In this document: positions 1 to 13,235 of the stretch, piece after piece
Position numbering within the stretch: the stretch's first letter is position 1
How the letters are laid out: the number at the start of each line of letters is the position of its first letter
Source of the DNA: Tubiluchus corallicola
Lineage: Eukaryota; Animalia; Priapulida
Assembly: GCA_030141605.1 (NCBI GenBank)
Contig: JAQGDQ010000056.1
Span: 434,001-498,000 of the forward strand
Direction of reading: 5' to 3'
Length of the DNA: 64,000 bases
Notes under the pieces: generated by a model
Told to the model about the DNA's origin: nothing
What the model saw: only the letters and a program-made list of their open reading frames with translations
Database searches by the model: none
Made by a program: the position numbers and the translations under genes

Positions 1-3000
1 GCAAGTGCACTATTTATCTACACGTAATGACGCGTAATTTTCTTCATTTAATTGTTTTTAGCCGGTCGTTGCCTCTGTGTATTCAGTTGTGATTTCCCTT
101 TGAACTTTCATGAGCGTTGTCTCATAATGACTTTATTACAATTTTCGCATCTGGATTAACAACAGTCTCAGTCTTCTTTGCTGAGGTTGAAAATTTGCTA
201 TTATTGGCCCTGCTTATTTTTATAGAGATTTTTTTGTTTCTGTTGCTAAGGTAAATAATTTTTTCTTCAGATTTCTGAACTAAGATTCTAGGCGTATTGT
301 GGGTATTTTATCTTTGTGGATTACGTCTTTGTGTCCAAGAGGCAATGTTAATTTTAATTTATGTACAGTTATTCGCAGTGTGCGGTGTCGAAAGATTCTC
401 GGCAAACAGAGAACCGAAATCCGTCAATTTTGTGCTAGCGTCCATGTTTGGTTTACTAGTCTGTGGCAGATTGTGCCTCTTCTACGGAAATCTTTATTCT
501 GACAAAGTTATTTCTTGGATAATTTTCAGAAGAACGCAAAGATAGCAAAAGCTCTTACAGTAATTATTGATTTTAATCGAAGGAATTTTGATGGGATTTT
601 CGTAATCCTTTAAGAAACTGCCGGAGAAAAAGTTCAGTTGTCTTGATGTGTACTGATCTTTTTACTATACGATACCACAGTATTGAACATTAAAATACAA
701 GCGTATATATTCATCAGAGAAAAAGTGCACAGATAAGCAGGGCTTAGGCTTTAGGCTTTATGTACTTTCGATGGTACCTCAAAAATGGTGTCTACATTTG
801 CTGCTTTTTTCCGGAGTTTCACGGAACCATCAAGAATAAATTATGAGGATCATGAGGGATCAAGGTTCCCATACAATGCAGCCAAAAATACTTTTTATGT
901 AGTTCTGTCTGATCTGAATCTGTCAGTAACTTTTGGCCAATGTATAGTTAGGCAATGAGAAAGCTGTGTTTCATTATGGAACTTAAACGTGTGCTGTATT
1001 GTTTCTGTGGCCGCCGACAATTTCCTTTGTGGATTGAATCACTTGTTGTAAATTTCAGAATTGAGTTGAATTCTTGTTCGTTAGATTGCCGCTAAGTGAG
1101 GAAAAGTTTTGAAACCTAGCCGGTTTACTGATTCAGTAGTTTCTTCCTTTATTAGCGCTCCAACTGCGCTGTGCAGTTTATAACTAATCTTGTCCTTCGG
1201 AAACAAACAGCAAACTCTCGTTTGAATACCAGAGGAATAGAAAGGAACAGACAACGGTAAATAGGTGGACGGTTTCTCTTTCTTTTTTCTAGTTTGTTTT
1301 TTTAATAGTGATTTTTTTTAAAATTCATTGTCACTATTCTTCCTATTAAGCATTAATTTGCGTTAGTTGTAAATAGATAGGACTTGAAATTGCTCCAACG
1401 AATTGCTGTGACATTAATAAGCTTTAACATTAGCTATGTTAGTAAGAACACCAGGCCGTAACCAGAGAGATAGTTAGTCATCATGCACGGGTACCACATG
1501 AACGAAAACTATTAAAAACACACTAGTCTACAAAGTAGTTGTGCTTGGAGATGCCACCAGGATACTTACCATTCTAGCCGCCCTCCAGTCGTCGCGCAGT
1601 GTGCATGCTCAGTTGGATTGAGAGTTATCATAGCTTATCAGCTGAACACTTATCAGTGGGAAGCCACGCGTCTGTAGTATCTGTGGTGTGAATTTGTGAA
1701 ACGCATTTCCCGTGGCTGCTGTGCTGCAGTTCGCGAAAGATTGTGAAGTCCTGCAAAACGTGTCACAATAGATATATTTTGTTTTGACAAATAACTGCAG
1801 TTCCGTTAACTTTAGAGGTGTCTTTGCTTCTGTTTGCTTGTGCACTTTATATAGCGTGAATATTTTCTTCGCTCACAGTGTAAAGAATTTAAACATTATT
1901 AAAGCCGGATCCGAGTTTCAAAATAGAAGTTACGAAAGCTGTTTGTAATTAAATGAGAAATTGCTCTTTGTACTTACTTTATGTTCTTGAAACTGCTAAT
2001 TTAAGAACAAGCTAATTAGAGACAATTATCTAAGGCGAGACCATGTTTTAACCAAATGGGTGTAGAGCAAGTAGAGCAAAACAAAATGTCATTTGTGATA
2101 AACACGATTGACTGACAAGTTACAATTTGCTAAAAAATTAGAACGGCGGTTGTGTTTTTTCCGCACGTACTGGTTCCCTATCGTTGTAGTTGTCCTTGAC
2201 AGTAATAGTAAGTTTGGTCCTGACAAAGTCTTAAGTACATGATGACGTATTATACATAATATTTTGTATTATGTATTTCTAAGCAAGTGTCACTTAATTT
2301 ATGGCCCCTGATGTTTTCATTTATTAGTTCGTAGTTCGACTATTGTCTTCACTTTTCAGTAAGCTTCTTAGTAACTATAAGCAGTCGCTATCTTATCTGA
2401 TGATCTTGAGCTTAATGATAACTTTGTGACTGTTATGGAAAGAATCATATTCGACAAATTGAAAACAGACACGCGACGCGATATTGAAGTGATTTTATTA
2501 TTTCCATGGATTACCGAACTTTCCTATTCAGGCTTCAGTTTTGTTTTGTTGTGTGTATTTCCAGCGACAGTAGTTAGAATTTATAACTTTTCACAATCTT
2601 AGTTCCTACCGTTTAATGTCACTGCATACTGATCTGCTCCTGTATACTTGTGTATTAATACAGGTACAAAATTACCGTGTACATTTTGTAAACAGTTTTC
2701 ATAAAATTACTCATCCATTACATAATGTGTCATGCATGAGTGACAATTCGTAATCTATTCATTGTATTGTGGCTCAGTGCACTTTCTATCCTCGTGTATT
2801 TTTAATAGCTTTCCTTTGTGAGGTACCCGTGCGTGATGATTAAATGTCTCTTTGGTTATGGCCAGGTCTTATTAACATGCCTTAATTGCAAATCCTTTAT
2901 ACTGATGTCAGAGCAAAGCTGAAGTGTTCTCGTTGTTAGCAAATTGAGTTCAAAATCATGAAAAAATCATCAATTTGATGAAGAAACTCTCAATTATTAT

Positions 3001-3252
3001 ACATGCTATTAATGTTAATAACTATATCCCAGTTGATTGAAAATGAACAACAAAATGGACAATGTTATATCTTTGTTAGAGTTTAAAATTACATTTAAAT
3101 TTATCTGTAGATCTTTGTCACGTATAAATTTATTTACCAATTATTGGGAGTGTAGCTGGTAATTTCGCGTCAGTCATAAGTTAAACAGTAGATTATTTAA
3201 TTTAGTTTAGTTCCAGTATATTTATATAATGAGTTTATTATATATATATATA

Positions 3253-3639
3253 TAGAGGCATTCTAGTGCATAGTAGTTAACTAATTATCACAAGTCTAAA
3301 TACAAACCTTAAAAAATTAAACTGGAAATTACTACTAAAAGCCACATACTGGTGCAACTACACTTGTAAGTAAATGAGGAGTAATGCTATTATTAATTAT
3401 TATACATCTCAGCCGTATAACTTTTGCAAAAAACGGCCGAAAAATGGCCATTTTTGGAGGTTTTTCGCCCCCCCCCTTCCTCCCGGCGGGCCCGATTCGA
3501 AAAATAAACCCCCAATGAGACGACACTAGGTCGAGGCCTTTCGTTTGATGTATAGATCGCCGCAACTGGTGCCCTCGTCGAAGCTGTAGCCTCGAATCTT
3601 ATATATATATATATAAATAAATAAATAAATATATTAAGA
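3253..3639 (-). mobile_element. Non-autonomous Helitron-like element, copy 1
   Basis: The core 3420-3590 is the reverse complement of 50125-50320 (tatacatcaaacgaaaggc, ggggtttatttttcgaa, gcgaaaaacctccaaaa). On - it starts A^TC followed by a (TA)/(TTTA) microsatellite and ends ...ctatgcactagaatgcctcta. Confidence 0.6.
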
Positions 3640-5314
3640 TACCAGCGAAATTAATATAATAGATGCTTGCTAATTTTATTCGGTTATTGTAACAATTTAA
3701 TTTATTTATCTTTTGGAAATCTTAATTTCAAGAGAATTACTGACGATTGAAGTTTTTTTGGTATTTTACTTATACCACCATCAGCAAAAATATCAGCCCT
3801 AAATACAAATAATAGAATTGGCAGTTGTAATTTTGTAGAATTGGTTGCTCAAAAATACTTTAGTTATAATTTTATGTTTTCATTCAGCGCCTGTTGTAGG
3901 TTTGTAGCTGTTTTATTTCTATTTAATTTATTGTCACTGTTATTGACAATAGTTATGCTTTCTGATATTGGTGCCAATAGTGAGCATAAGTGTGAGCACA
4001 ATGATATTACAATTATTAGCTTCCAAAGTAAACTGACTATTGTAACTTTATCGTGACTCTAGTGTTTGCTCGATTAACGCTGTCTGGGTAATAGCGGAGG
4101 TGCGGTGGCGTCCCTAAGGTCCCCACTAATTGTAAATCATTAACTTCTTAGACACCAAGTGGGTAATGTTTTCCTTGTACATTAGAGACATTTAGTAAAG
4201 TGAGCAAATACGACTGGGCAGAGCAGGGCAACCAATTTAATATCAGAGTAGAGTGGGTTGGAATTGTATTAGTAAATTACTTCGCAGCCAACTATGTATC
4301 GATCAGCCAGAGAGACAGATAGACGTTTTTTCTGTTATTAGTTTTTTGAGATGACTTAGGAAATACCAGGAGTTTGGAAAGACTAGAGTTTAACTGTTTA
4401 CGTTATGTAAGATTTAACTTGAAGAACTGTTTTTTATTAAAAGAAAACCGGACCCAATCTTAAATTATAACTCAAAACAATCTGCCATTCGCTAGTTAGA
4501 TGGAAACTGGTGCTTGGATTTTTGGAAATGCGTTGCAAATTTTCTGTTGCTGTGCCTCTCAATTCGGAGGTGTTCAGTTGTGACTTAGTGCCCACATTCA
4601 CTAGTGTTCATGCGTGTAAACACAGCGGTAAAATTTGAATTTTAAACTTAAAATTTGCCGAGTTTTTGTATATCACACCGAATGTTGTACAATAGCGCTG
4701 TACTTCAATATTCGTATTTGCAGTACATTTGTATATGCAACACGCTCATGGAATGCTTGTAATTTTGAACATTTTGTTCAGTTGTAATGTCATCACTAGT
4801 TGAGATCGTCTGTTAATTAACTTTTAACCTATAATTAACTACTAATTAATAATTACTAATTAACCTATAATTACTGTAAATGCCTTGGTATTATTATAAG
4901 TCTTAAAATGTACACTTTTTACCGTACTTCAAAATGGAGTGGGATATGAAAAATATGTTTAATGAAAGATAACCAAGTGGTCATAATATGTGTACTCATG
5001 ACTGAAGTTAAGCAACACCGAAGATGGATAGATGAATGGGTGAAATCTGTTTAATGGTGTTCCTTGTTCAGTACTCACTCTGGAAATTTTCAATCACCCT
5101 ACTGATTATGTAGGTTTACTTTCGTATAAAGGTGGATTCGTGTCTGAACGTGGGGGGGGACCCTTGTCGCTTCACTTTTTCGTTTTAGAGGAATGAGCTG
5201 TGTTCCCGTTCTGCCACAACTATCCAAATTACGACATTGAGTGCAAAAAGCAAAATTAGCCAATCACAGGCCTATTAAAATGCTTTCTTAGCCAATGTGC
5301 TGGTTAGTTAGCAT

Positions 5315-5555
5315 TTGTCCATCCGTCTGTCTGTCTGTTTGTCTGTGTTTCGGCCAATTGAGTAATCCAGTCAATGCTTGTTTAATATCCATAAGTTAAG
5401 TCAGTCAGTTACTTAGTCACTCACTCACTCAATTTTTAATTGGATGTGGGTCAGTTATTTAGGCAGCCAACTGACCAATCGTTCATTACTAAATCAGTCA
5501 GTGGCTCAGTCAGTCTGACTCCGTCAGCTCGCTGTCAATCAATCAGTGATCACTT
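5315..5555. repeat. Degenerate tetranucleotide repeats (CTGT/CAGT/CACT)
   Basis: ctgtctgtctgt, agtcagtcagt, tcactcactcactc. Confidence 0.65.
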
Positions 5556-8128
5556 AGCAGTCGAGAAACCGGCCAACTATAAGATAGACCGCCCTTTGCC
5601 TTGTTATTGTTTCGGCTAGTATGTAACAAATAATTTCTCTTTCCAATTCTCATTACTTAAGAAATGAACGACATATGATTTCCGGAGAGACTGGAGATTA
5701 TTTAACCTATTTGTTTTCGTCGCATGTACTTTTGCTTCGCAATTTCCCTAGGAATCTCCAGAGAAGCCATTCAATTTTGTAGTATAGCGAATCTGTAACA
5801 AATCCTGCTTTGGTTCTTTTCTAAGTTCACATGTGGTTTTTGTGAGCCATTATTGGCAATGAATTTTCTTTCTTACTCACACCATCCTGTATTCTTTAGA
5901 GACGGCGTTTATTTCTGAGCAATCTAATCTAATTACAGCTTCCAGTGGATGAGTATAGTCCCTCTGCTGCAAGTAAAATACGCGTTGCTGATGTCATACA
6001 TTGCGTCATCTTGCTTTAGTACCTTGTATTTTGTAGTGCTTGACGCGGTGCAATCATATTTATAAACCCATTCTCATTCAATATTAACCATTCATCCGTC
6101 AATGCTGTTAATTTGGTTAAACTAAGGAATATTTTTAGCCTTTGCAGTTCCTACGCTTGTTAACTTGTGGCCCTAACTTTCTCAGGTTCCATCTCAGCTG
6201 GTGTCAGATTTAAATGTTTTTCTCAGGAGATTCAGCGCACTTTTTCTGTTTTTTCTTATCTGCATAAAATATCGAGGTCCCTAAGTGAAGAACTGCAAGC
6301 CTTCCGCTTCAAGTTTTTTCCCAGAACTACTTTTAAGTGGAATTCTCAAGGAACGTCTTCAATATTAAGATCGTTTTTCTCACCGGTTTTAACTTAAGGT
6401 AGTTCAAAAGAACGTTTAACTTAAAAATCGATTGGTGTCTGCTTCGATCTCTCCTCACGTTGGGTCATATTTTTGTCCTAGGCAGATTTTCGAGAGAAGC
6501 TAGATCTTGCTAAATGTTAACTGTTTAACCATACTATTGTATGCTTTCGGTCGTCGTGTACTATATGTCCCATTTTGTCGCACTTTTGTTATCTTGCAGA
6601 TGAATAATTGACTTGTTAATAATTTCATGAAAACGTTATTTCGGTATTACAATATTACACCACCATTACTATATAGAATAGATCGTTCTGGCTGCTTTGA
6701 CACTACATCTTCTTAAGGTCAAAACCATCAATTACATCCGTTTCCTTTGCTACTCTGTCGTATCCACTTACAATGAGCTTTTAATAGCATTCTTAGCACC
6801 GATGCCATTTTCCAAAACGTGATGGGTTGTGACCGAACTAATTGAAATCACTGTCATGCCAGGCGTTTGAGCAGTACCTTAGTAGTAGTTTGAGTGGTAA
6901 AGGGACGGGTAAATGTTTCAGACATGGCGATGAACGTAGTCGTAATAAAAAAATTCAAAAAAGTGGAACTGTTTTAGTGCTACCAGTCTCATTACATAAT
7001 TTGCGGATTTGACTTATGCGTGGGCACCCTAGACGTGGATCAGGTTCTCGGAGCATGATTTGACTTCCAAATTATGCCATTTAGAAGTTGACGGATCAAC
7101 TCGCTAACAGCCATCTCTGGACACTGAACAGCATTACCAGCAGATGTGCTCAGGCCTATCATAATGCCGAAGGACGCTGCTGAAAGTAAAGTGATTAATC
7201 TTTACCAAGTTTGAAAGACCATTAACTTCTTTCCGCTGCTGTTGCAAGTTTTGACAAATACGAGTTAGGGGAAGGATTTCCACAAATTTGCACAAAAGTA
7301 GTCATTATTTTTAAGACGGATTTGCAAGTTTATCGTGCTTTGGAATTTATTCAGAATCACTATACTAAAAACTTGAAATTTGCATTCAGTTTTTTTTGTA
7401 ATTTTGTTTACAAGATATATAGGCTTTAGGCTCTAAAGTTAAAAAAGACATCTTGCATTGTAATTAGTTCTTCAGTATATGTATAGCCAGCGCCGTTCAT
7501 GTAACTGATGCGTTAACTATAACGGACAGGAAATATTATAATTAAATTTGATTTAAGTTGTGTTATAAGTTGTGGTAAGGTAGCCAAGTGCCTAGTTGGT
7601 TGACTGTACATACATGCAGCATCGCCAGCCGAAAAGCCACTTGCTTCAATCGCACGAATGTTTTTACCAGTTTTAAAACACTGCAAATTGTGAGATGTGA
7701 ATTGTGCCTTTTGTGAGATGTGAATTATTTTTCGTTTTGTCTCCACAGGCTTTTAGTTTTCACTGCTGTTTAAGTAATGCACGTGACGTTCGTGCTTGCG
7801 CTATACTGATTATAGGAATCTGTACAAGTTTTCATTTCTTTTTGGGCAATAAAGTTGCAGTTGGTGTTTCTGGAGAAGTAACTGCTTAACAGAACTTTTA
7901 ACTTATCCTTTAACTGCTAGAAGTTGGATTATGCCAACTATTGATTTGCGGAGCAGTATGTATTGCCAGTTCTTTTGCAGAAAAACTTGAGAGCGGATTA
8001 TAAGAGAAATCTTATGTGAATTTTTGTATAAAAAAGCCATGTGCAGTAGATTTGTGCACCGCTCTAGAAACTTGACTCACTGTATGTACCAGTACCGTTA
8101 CTACATCAATGGCGGTTTTTCATGCAGG

Positions 8129-8408
8129 ATGTCAGAACACTCAGACAATGAATCCTATCACTCCATCAACCACGCAGAGAGAACCCTGCGCAAGATGGAG
8201 GACTATTTTCACCAAGGGGAACTGTGTGACGTCATCCTGGTGGTGGGGTCACGGAGGATTCACGCCCACAGGCTAGTGCTGAGTGCGGCATCTGATTACT
8301 TTGCGGCTATGTTCACTACTGGTCTGTGTGAAGCCAAACAAGAAGAAGTGGTTCTGAAGGATATGAACTCTGATTCAGTATTGTCACTGATCGAGTATTG
8401 TTACACAG
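8129..8408 (+). CDS. KLHL5: Kelch-like protein (KLHL1/4/5 family), coding exon 1, N-terminal half of the BTB domain
   Basis: Acceptor catgcag|G at 8127/8128 followed by ATG 8129. Encodes MSEHSDNES...LCDVILVVGSRRIHAHRLVLSAASDYFAAMF...EYCYT(G), a classic BTB motif. Donor G|gtatgt at 8409, phase 1. An upstream exon exists, so the true start may lie further 5'. Confidence 0.93.
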
Positions 8409-11400
8409 GTATGTTCTGCTTTGTATTATTTTACTTTACAGAAGTTGATTTGGTTTTATTATAGCTTTGTTTTCATAGCCGTGCTTTGATAGTGTTTGCC
8501 TTCAGTGACGATGGCCACGACACATGCACGGTAACATGACTTGTGTTGGTCTCACTGCAACTGAATCAAAACAGTGCAATTATTTGAATGTTTCACCTTT
8601 CCGCTTGAATTCAATTACAAGTAGCCGACTGCAGGCGGTCCAAAATATTACTGTAGGTGACCAAATTCCCATTTGGAACAATGTGAAACGACAAGTTGCC
8701 GCTGGTTTGCTCAAAGAGTTTTTGTACTGAATTTAAGATCAAATTAAATATAGTAACAGTATTAACATATTACATACTGTCAGAATTTGTTTCGGAATGG
8801 TAGCCTTTGGGCTCATGCATTTATCGCATATTCATGAGTTACATAAAAAAAACCCTTCCCTCAAAAGCCTAGGCCAAAAAAGCTGACTGCCCTCTCCCCC
8901 CGTACTGGCCTGAATGTGAACAGTGAAAATACCTAAACAGCTTTAATTTTTAGTTCACTCTTGTTAGGGTCACATTTTTAGTGCCAGCATAAGCTGGCAC
9001 ATTTTTCTTTGTCCTCTCCTTTTTACGAGAGCGACAAGGTTTGTTGTTTGGCATGCGGTCGCCTCCCTACCTTTGAATTCTCATTCCATTATTGACAATG
9101 TTTGTACTTCTCATTAGCCTAACAGCCCCCAGTCCTGATTTAATAACGCCAATGCATAAAGCTGTCTTATTGCTTAATTATCTCGTCATAATCAAATTTG
9201 CTAAACAAATTCAGCGTTATTGCTTTATACGAGATTGGACTATCTTGCGGGCAGTTAGCCTGCAAACCAGAAATATGGCAGCAATAATATGCGATTATCT
9301 CGTACGAGATCTAAGATAGGAAGCCATGCAATTGCAGTAACAAGATACTTTTTGCACGTGCTACTTTCAATGGATTGTTTGGGAAACAGCTTTGCGTGTC
9401 TTGTGGCATGCAATCACGAGGCGAACACAATCACACAACTTTCAGTAGATGCTAAATTCATTTTGCAAGCGAGACTTGTAATCAGAAATCTATATTGGAA
9501 CGCTTGTTGCTTTATTTCTCAAAAGAGTATGTATTAATACATGAATTCGTTTCGATCATTTTTTGCCCCTGATTTTCTAGAGCTTAGTAAACGAATGCTG
9601 TGCTTACACCAGCATCTGTGTTCTGTAGGTTCTACAAACTTCGAATTGGTAGTTTGTCTGTCACAAAGGTAATTCTAATTGTTTGTAACAAGAATATTGA
9701 AGTGAAGTTAATGTGCTGCCCCCCCCCCTCCGAACTGTTGTCATCCCATAATTTTATTCAAAAGAACCGCGCAAATGAAATTAAATTCTGAACCAGCTTT
9801 TTCTACATATTTTTCCACTTCACCGTGTTCACAAAAACTTGGTGCATAAAATGCTGTTTATTGTTTAATATCTATTTACAAATGTCTTGTTTAAGTTTGT
9901 ATATACGCAATGATGATGATGCTTAACCATTTCTTGCTGTTAAATATGAACATTGTACACACAAAAGTTCTATTACCTAGCCTAAATATTTACAGTACTT
10001 AGCATGGAAAAGGCAACACAAATACAGTCAACAGTTGATTATAGCTTCGATACATCATAACCGAGATCGAAAATATTTTAGAAATAATTGCCATAATGCT
10101 CTGTCGGAATTAATTAATTTACCAAGATTATTGAGTTACACTGTCATGTCTGATTTTACATAATATGTGCAGACCATAGTTAAGCCTGTATCATAACAGG
10201 ATTTAATGATTGGTGTAATTTGAAAAAGCGGTCATCAAATAAAGCAAACGTTTCCAAATAAATCAGTTGAAAATGATGAACTATTAGTGGCTTAGTATAA
10301 TCTTCGTTGACACCAGAATTAATCATTTCGATGTGGTAGCGCCGTTTATTCAAGATAGTTGATATTAGTATTGTGAGAATAGCCTATATTCAGACGCGTG
10401 TGCATTTTATCCTACGCACGTTCTTGCTAATTCTAGTCGTATGTTTCGTTGACCGTTTTGCTATATCCGCTGTTCGGGATGAAAATTTCCGTTTGACGGA
10501 TTTTCTCAAGTTTGAAGAGTCAGCGTGCGACGTGGTGATAATTAATCGACTGCACTTTGCGTCGGCTTCGAATGGCTTCGTGCGGCTCAGACAAGCCAGC
10601 AGCGGATTTAACTGGGGAAACAGAGAGATGTTGTTTGGCAAGAATTCTACTCCTGTGTTGTTGGCAGAAAAATTATCATCTAATTATAGTTTAAATACAA
10701 GTATATATTTTATATAATTATGCTGCAAACTACATATGAGCCTCTTTTCTGATCTTATGCCTGTCAATCCATCACTCCAGCCTTCCCGCCGTTCATCCGC
10801 TTGTGTAAATTGCATTGTTTTCCACATCTTGCATGAAGTTGCATCTGAGATGCAGAGAAGAGCATACTTTCTGCAAAATGCATAATTGTATAATATGTAT
10901 AACATAGGAATTGCATGTAATCACTGAATGTCCAGTGTACGCTCATATAAGATGGGAATGTTTTGGTACTTTCTCTGATTTTTGTACTAACTTTTAGTAT
11001 ATGTCTCCTAATAAGAAGTTTGTGTTTTTTTTAATTCGTCACAGGATGTAGAAGTGATAAAAATCGATGTTAGTTTGGTCCAGAAAATCTTTGAATAATC
11101 CAGAGCAAGACTGTTTATACGTATATAGGTTGCTTTGTTGTATGTGTTCATGGGCTTGAACCATTATTACTATAGACATGTGGTTTCTTTGCATTGTTGT
11201 AGTCTGTTCCTTTTTTATGTCTAGTGTACACAGTTTCTGTCACTTTTGTATTCTGTTCTACAGTTCAATAAACAACATATACACTATGCATATGCAAGTA
11301 TACATATTCTGCAAGTAAAATGTATAACCATGTTAGCAATAATATTGGTGTAGTTTTTACTCATTGGCGGCATATGCACTGTTGTTAAACTAAGAGCATC

Positions 11401-11447
11401 ATTGGGTAACGCGGGCACCTTACTGTGCGGGCATTGCAGTTGATGAC

Positions 11448-11496
11448 ATGGCAATGCTAGATTTTGTCTACCAGCATCCATTAAATCGTCTGCTAG
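11448..11496 (+). CDS. Candidate alternative small coding exon in KLHL intron 1
   Basis: gacATGG Kozak-like start with an in-frame upstream TAA at 11391. Encodes MAMLDFVYQHPLNRLL(G) and ends at a strong phase-1 donor TAG|gtaaga that matches exon 2. Confidence 0.3.
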
Positions 11497-11574
11497 GTAA
11501 GAAACACACTTTGCCTAAAAAGTTGAAGTTATGACACGCTAAATTTCATTCATCTTGAATTATTCATTCAGAGT

Positions 11575-12322
11575 AAAGCGTCATAGGCCAGCAGCTTTTT
11601 TACCGCAATCGAGAAGTCCAACAGTGACCAAAAAAAAAAATCGTGCGACCGTGTGTTTTGTCGTTCAGGTCGCAAATCATTCGTGCGACCGTGTGTTTTG
11701 TCGTCCAGGTCGCAAATCGTTCGTGCGAAGTTCTAAATAATTTCGCGCTATTTTCACAACTTTTCTGCTAATTTCAGATTTTTTCTCTTGCGAAAATCGC
11801 GAGAATGTCGAATGAAATTCGCATGCTGACTACTCTTGCGACACTTATATGCGATAAGGCGAATGTTGCACGATATTCGCGCGAGGTCGCGCGCGATCAT
11901 TTCACAACCATTTCTCAGAAATTTTGCGGAAAGAAGTGCGGGATAACCGAGGATCTCCAAAATGTCGTAAACATGTTGAAAAATAGTCGCAAGGTCGTCG
12001 CAGCATTCTCGAAAGCGTCTCAAAATGTACTCCAAGTTCGACGAACATCACGAATAATTGGCGACATATTTGCGCGGTTTTGGCGCATGTTCAAACAGCT
12101 CTATGAGAGTTTGGAGAAATTTTGACCAGTGGCGAGTTTTGCGACTTCGGCGACGAACTCTAAACATTTTAAAACAGCTTACCGAAGCCAGCTACATTTG
12201 GGCGACAACCGCAAACACCCGTGAATGTTTTGCGACTGTTTGGGGATCTTTTAGAACATATTTCGCGGCCAGTGGACTTAAAAATTTTCGGATAGTCGCC
12301 GTAGTCGCGAACCCCGTATAAC
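11575..12322. mobile_element. CpG-rich interspersed-repeat-like segment with an internal 40-bp tandem duplication
   Basis: Abrupt shift to tcgcg/gcgac-rich sequence. A 40-bp unit occurs at 11641-11680 and 11681-11720 with 2 mismatches. No clear TIR/TSD or known protein. Confidence 0.45.
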
Positions 12323-12984
12323 AAATTTTAGGGAATTGTTTTTATAAATTTTATTTTTGTGCATCTTTTTATGTCTTATAGGATCAGCGTAAGTGTGCAT
12401 GCGCCTGCTGATTCTTTCTTTTATACAATTTTAGTATATGAATAAATGTCAAAATAAAACAAAATAAATAAAAACACTGGCTTTAGGCTGTGAAGTTTTC
12501 TGTTCACTGTCTTCAGGGCAACAATGTCAGACTTCTGACTGCTTGCTTGATGCTTGGAATTCCGTAAAGGAAACCGCTGATTACTGTAAAAGTAACCCGC
12601 CTTCAATTTACTTGAGTTTCGAAGCTTGCAAATTCGAAATTCGTTTCCCCTTGCGCTATAACAGCTTTATCAAGTTTCACAGTTTACGCGTTGAGTTGAG
12701 CAAAATGCAGTGTAAATTGAATTGGTTGACAGCTGCAGCTTGCGAGATAAGAATACACGCTGTCAGTGTTATACAATGCATCAAGAATTGTCTGTCTGAT
12801 GGAGCATTATTATAGCCGAGTTCTTCTGTTCAGGCAGGGAAATGTTGTACGTCGTATGTGTTTGTAAACGGATTCAGAAACTTCAGATTCCTCTGTGAAA
12901 CTTTTTAAAATCATCTGATTTCAAAGTTCTCGGTAAACTCTCTTTAACATAATCCAATGTTTGCCAACATGCACTTTCCAGTAA

Positions 12985-13235
12985 GACAAGTTTTTTTTAT
13001 CTTTGCCTTTATTCGCGTTTTCTGCTTTTTGTTTTTGTCTTTATTATCTTTGTCTTTACAAATTGACGTTTTTATATGTTGAGTTATAACTTTTGCCTTA
13101 TTTACGTTTAGCAATGCCGCATTTACTGCTGCCTTTTTCGCCGTTTTCTCTTTTTAGGTTTGATTTTATTCCATTTGTCTTTTCATCATCATTTTGTAAC
13201 CGCTGCCTTTTTCACTTTGCCCTTATCTGAACATC
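12985..13235. repeat. T-rich tttgcctt(t/a) subrepeat array, probably MITE interior
   Basis: At least six copies of (t)ttgcctt/ttgtctt motifs spaced 15-60 bp apart. Confidence 0.45.

Noticed and set aside
1-256. Possible 5' UTR exon of KLHL ending at AAG|gtaaat (250/251)
   Set aside because: The donor is good and the CpG-containing start is suggestive, but there is no in-frame ATG and no independent evidence linking it to the acceptor at 8128.
740-760. TTAGGC telomere-like repeats
   Set aside because: Only two or three imperfect units, which is chance level.
10373-10717. 114-aa ORF in a CpG-richer patch of KLHL intron 1
   Set aside because: It has a non-ATG start, no recognisable domain and no convincing splice sites. 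It may be regulatory, but I cannot support that.
11641-11728. CRISPR-like 40-bp direct repeats
   Set aside because: The units are contiguous with no spacers, there are only about two copies, the context is a eukaryotic intron, and no cas genes are present.
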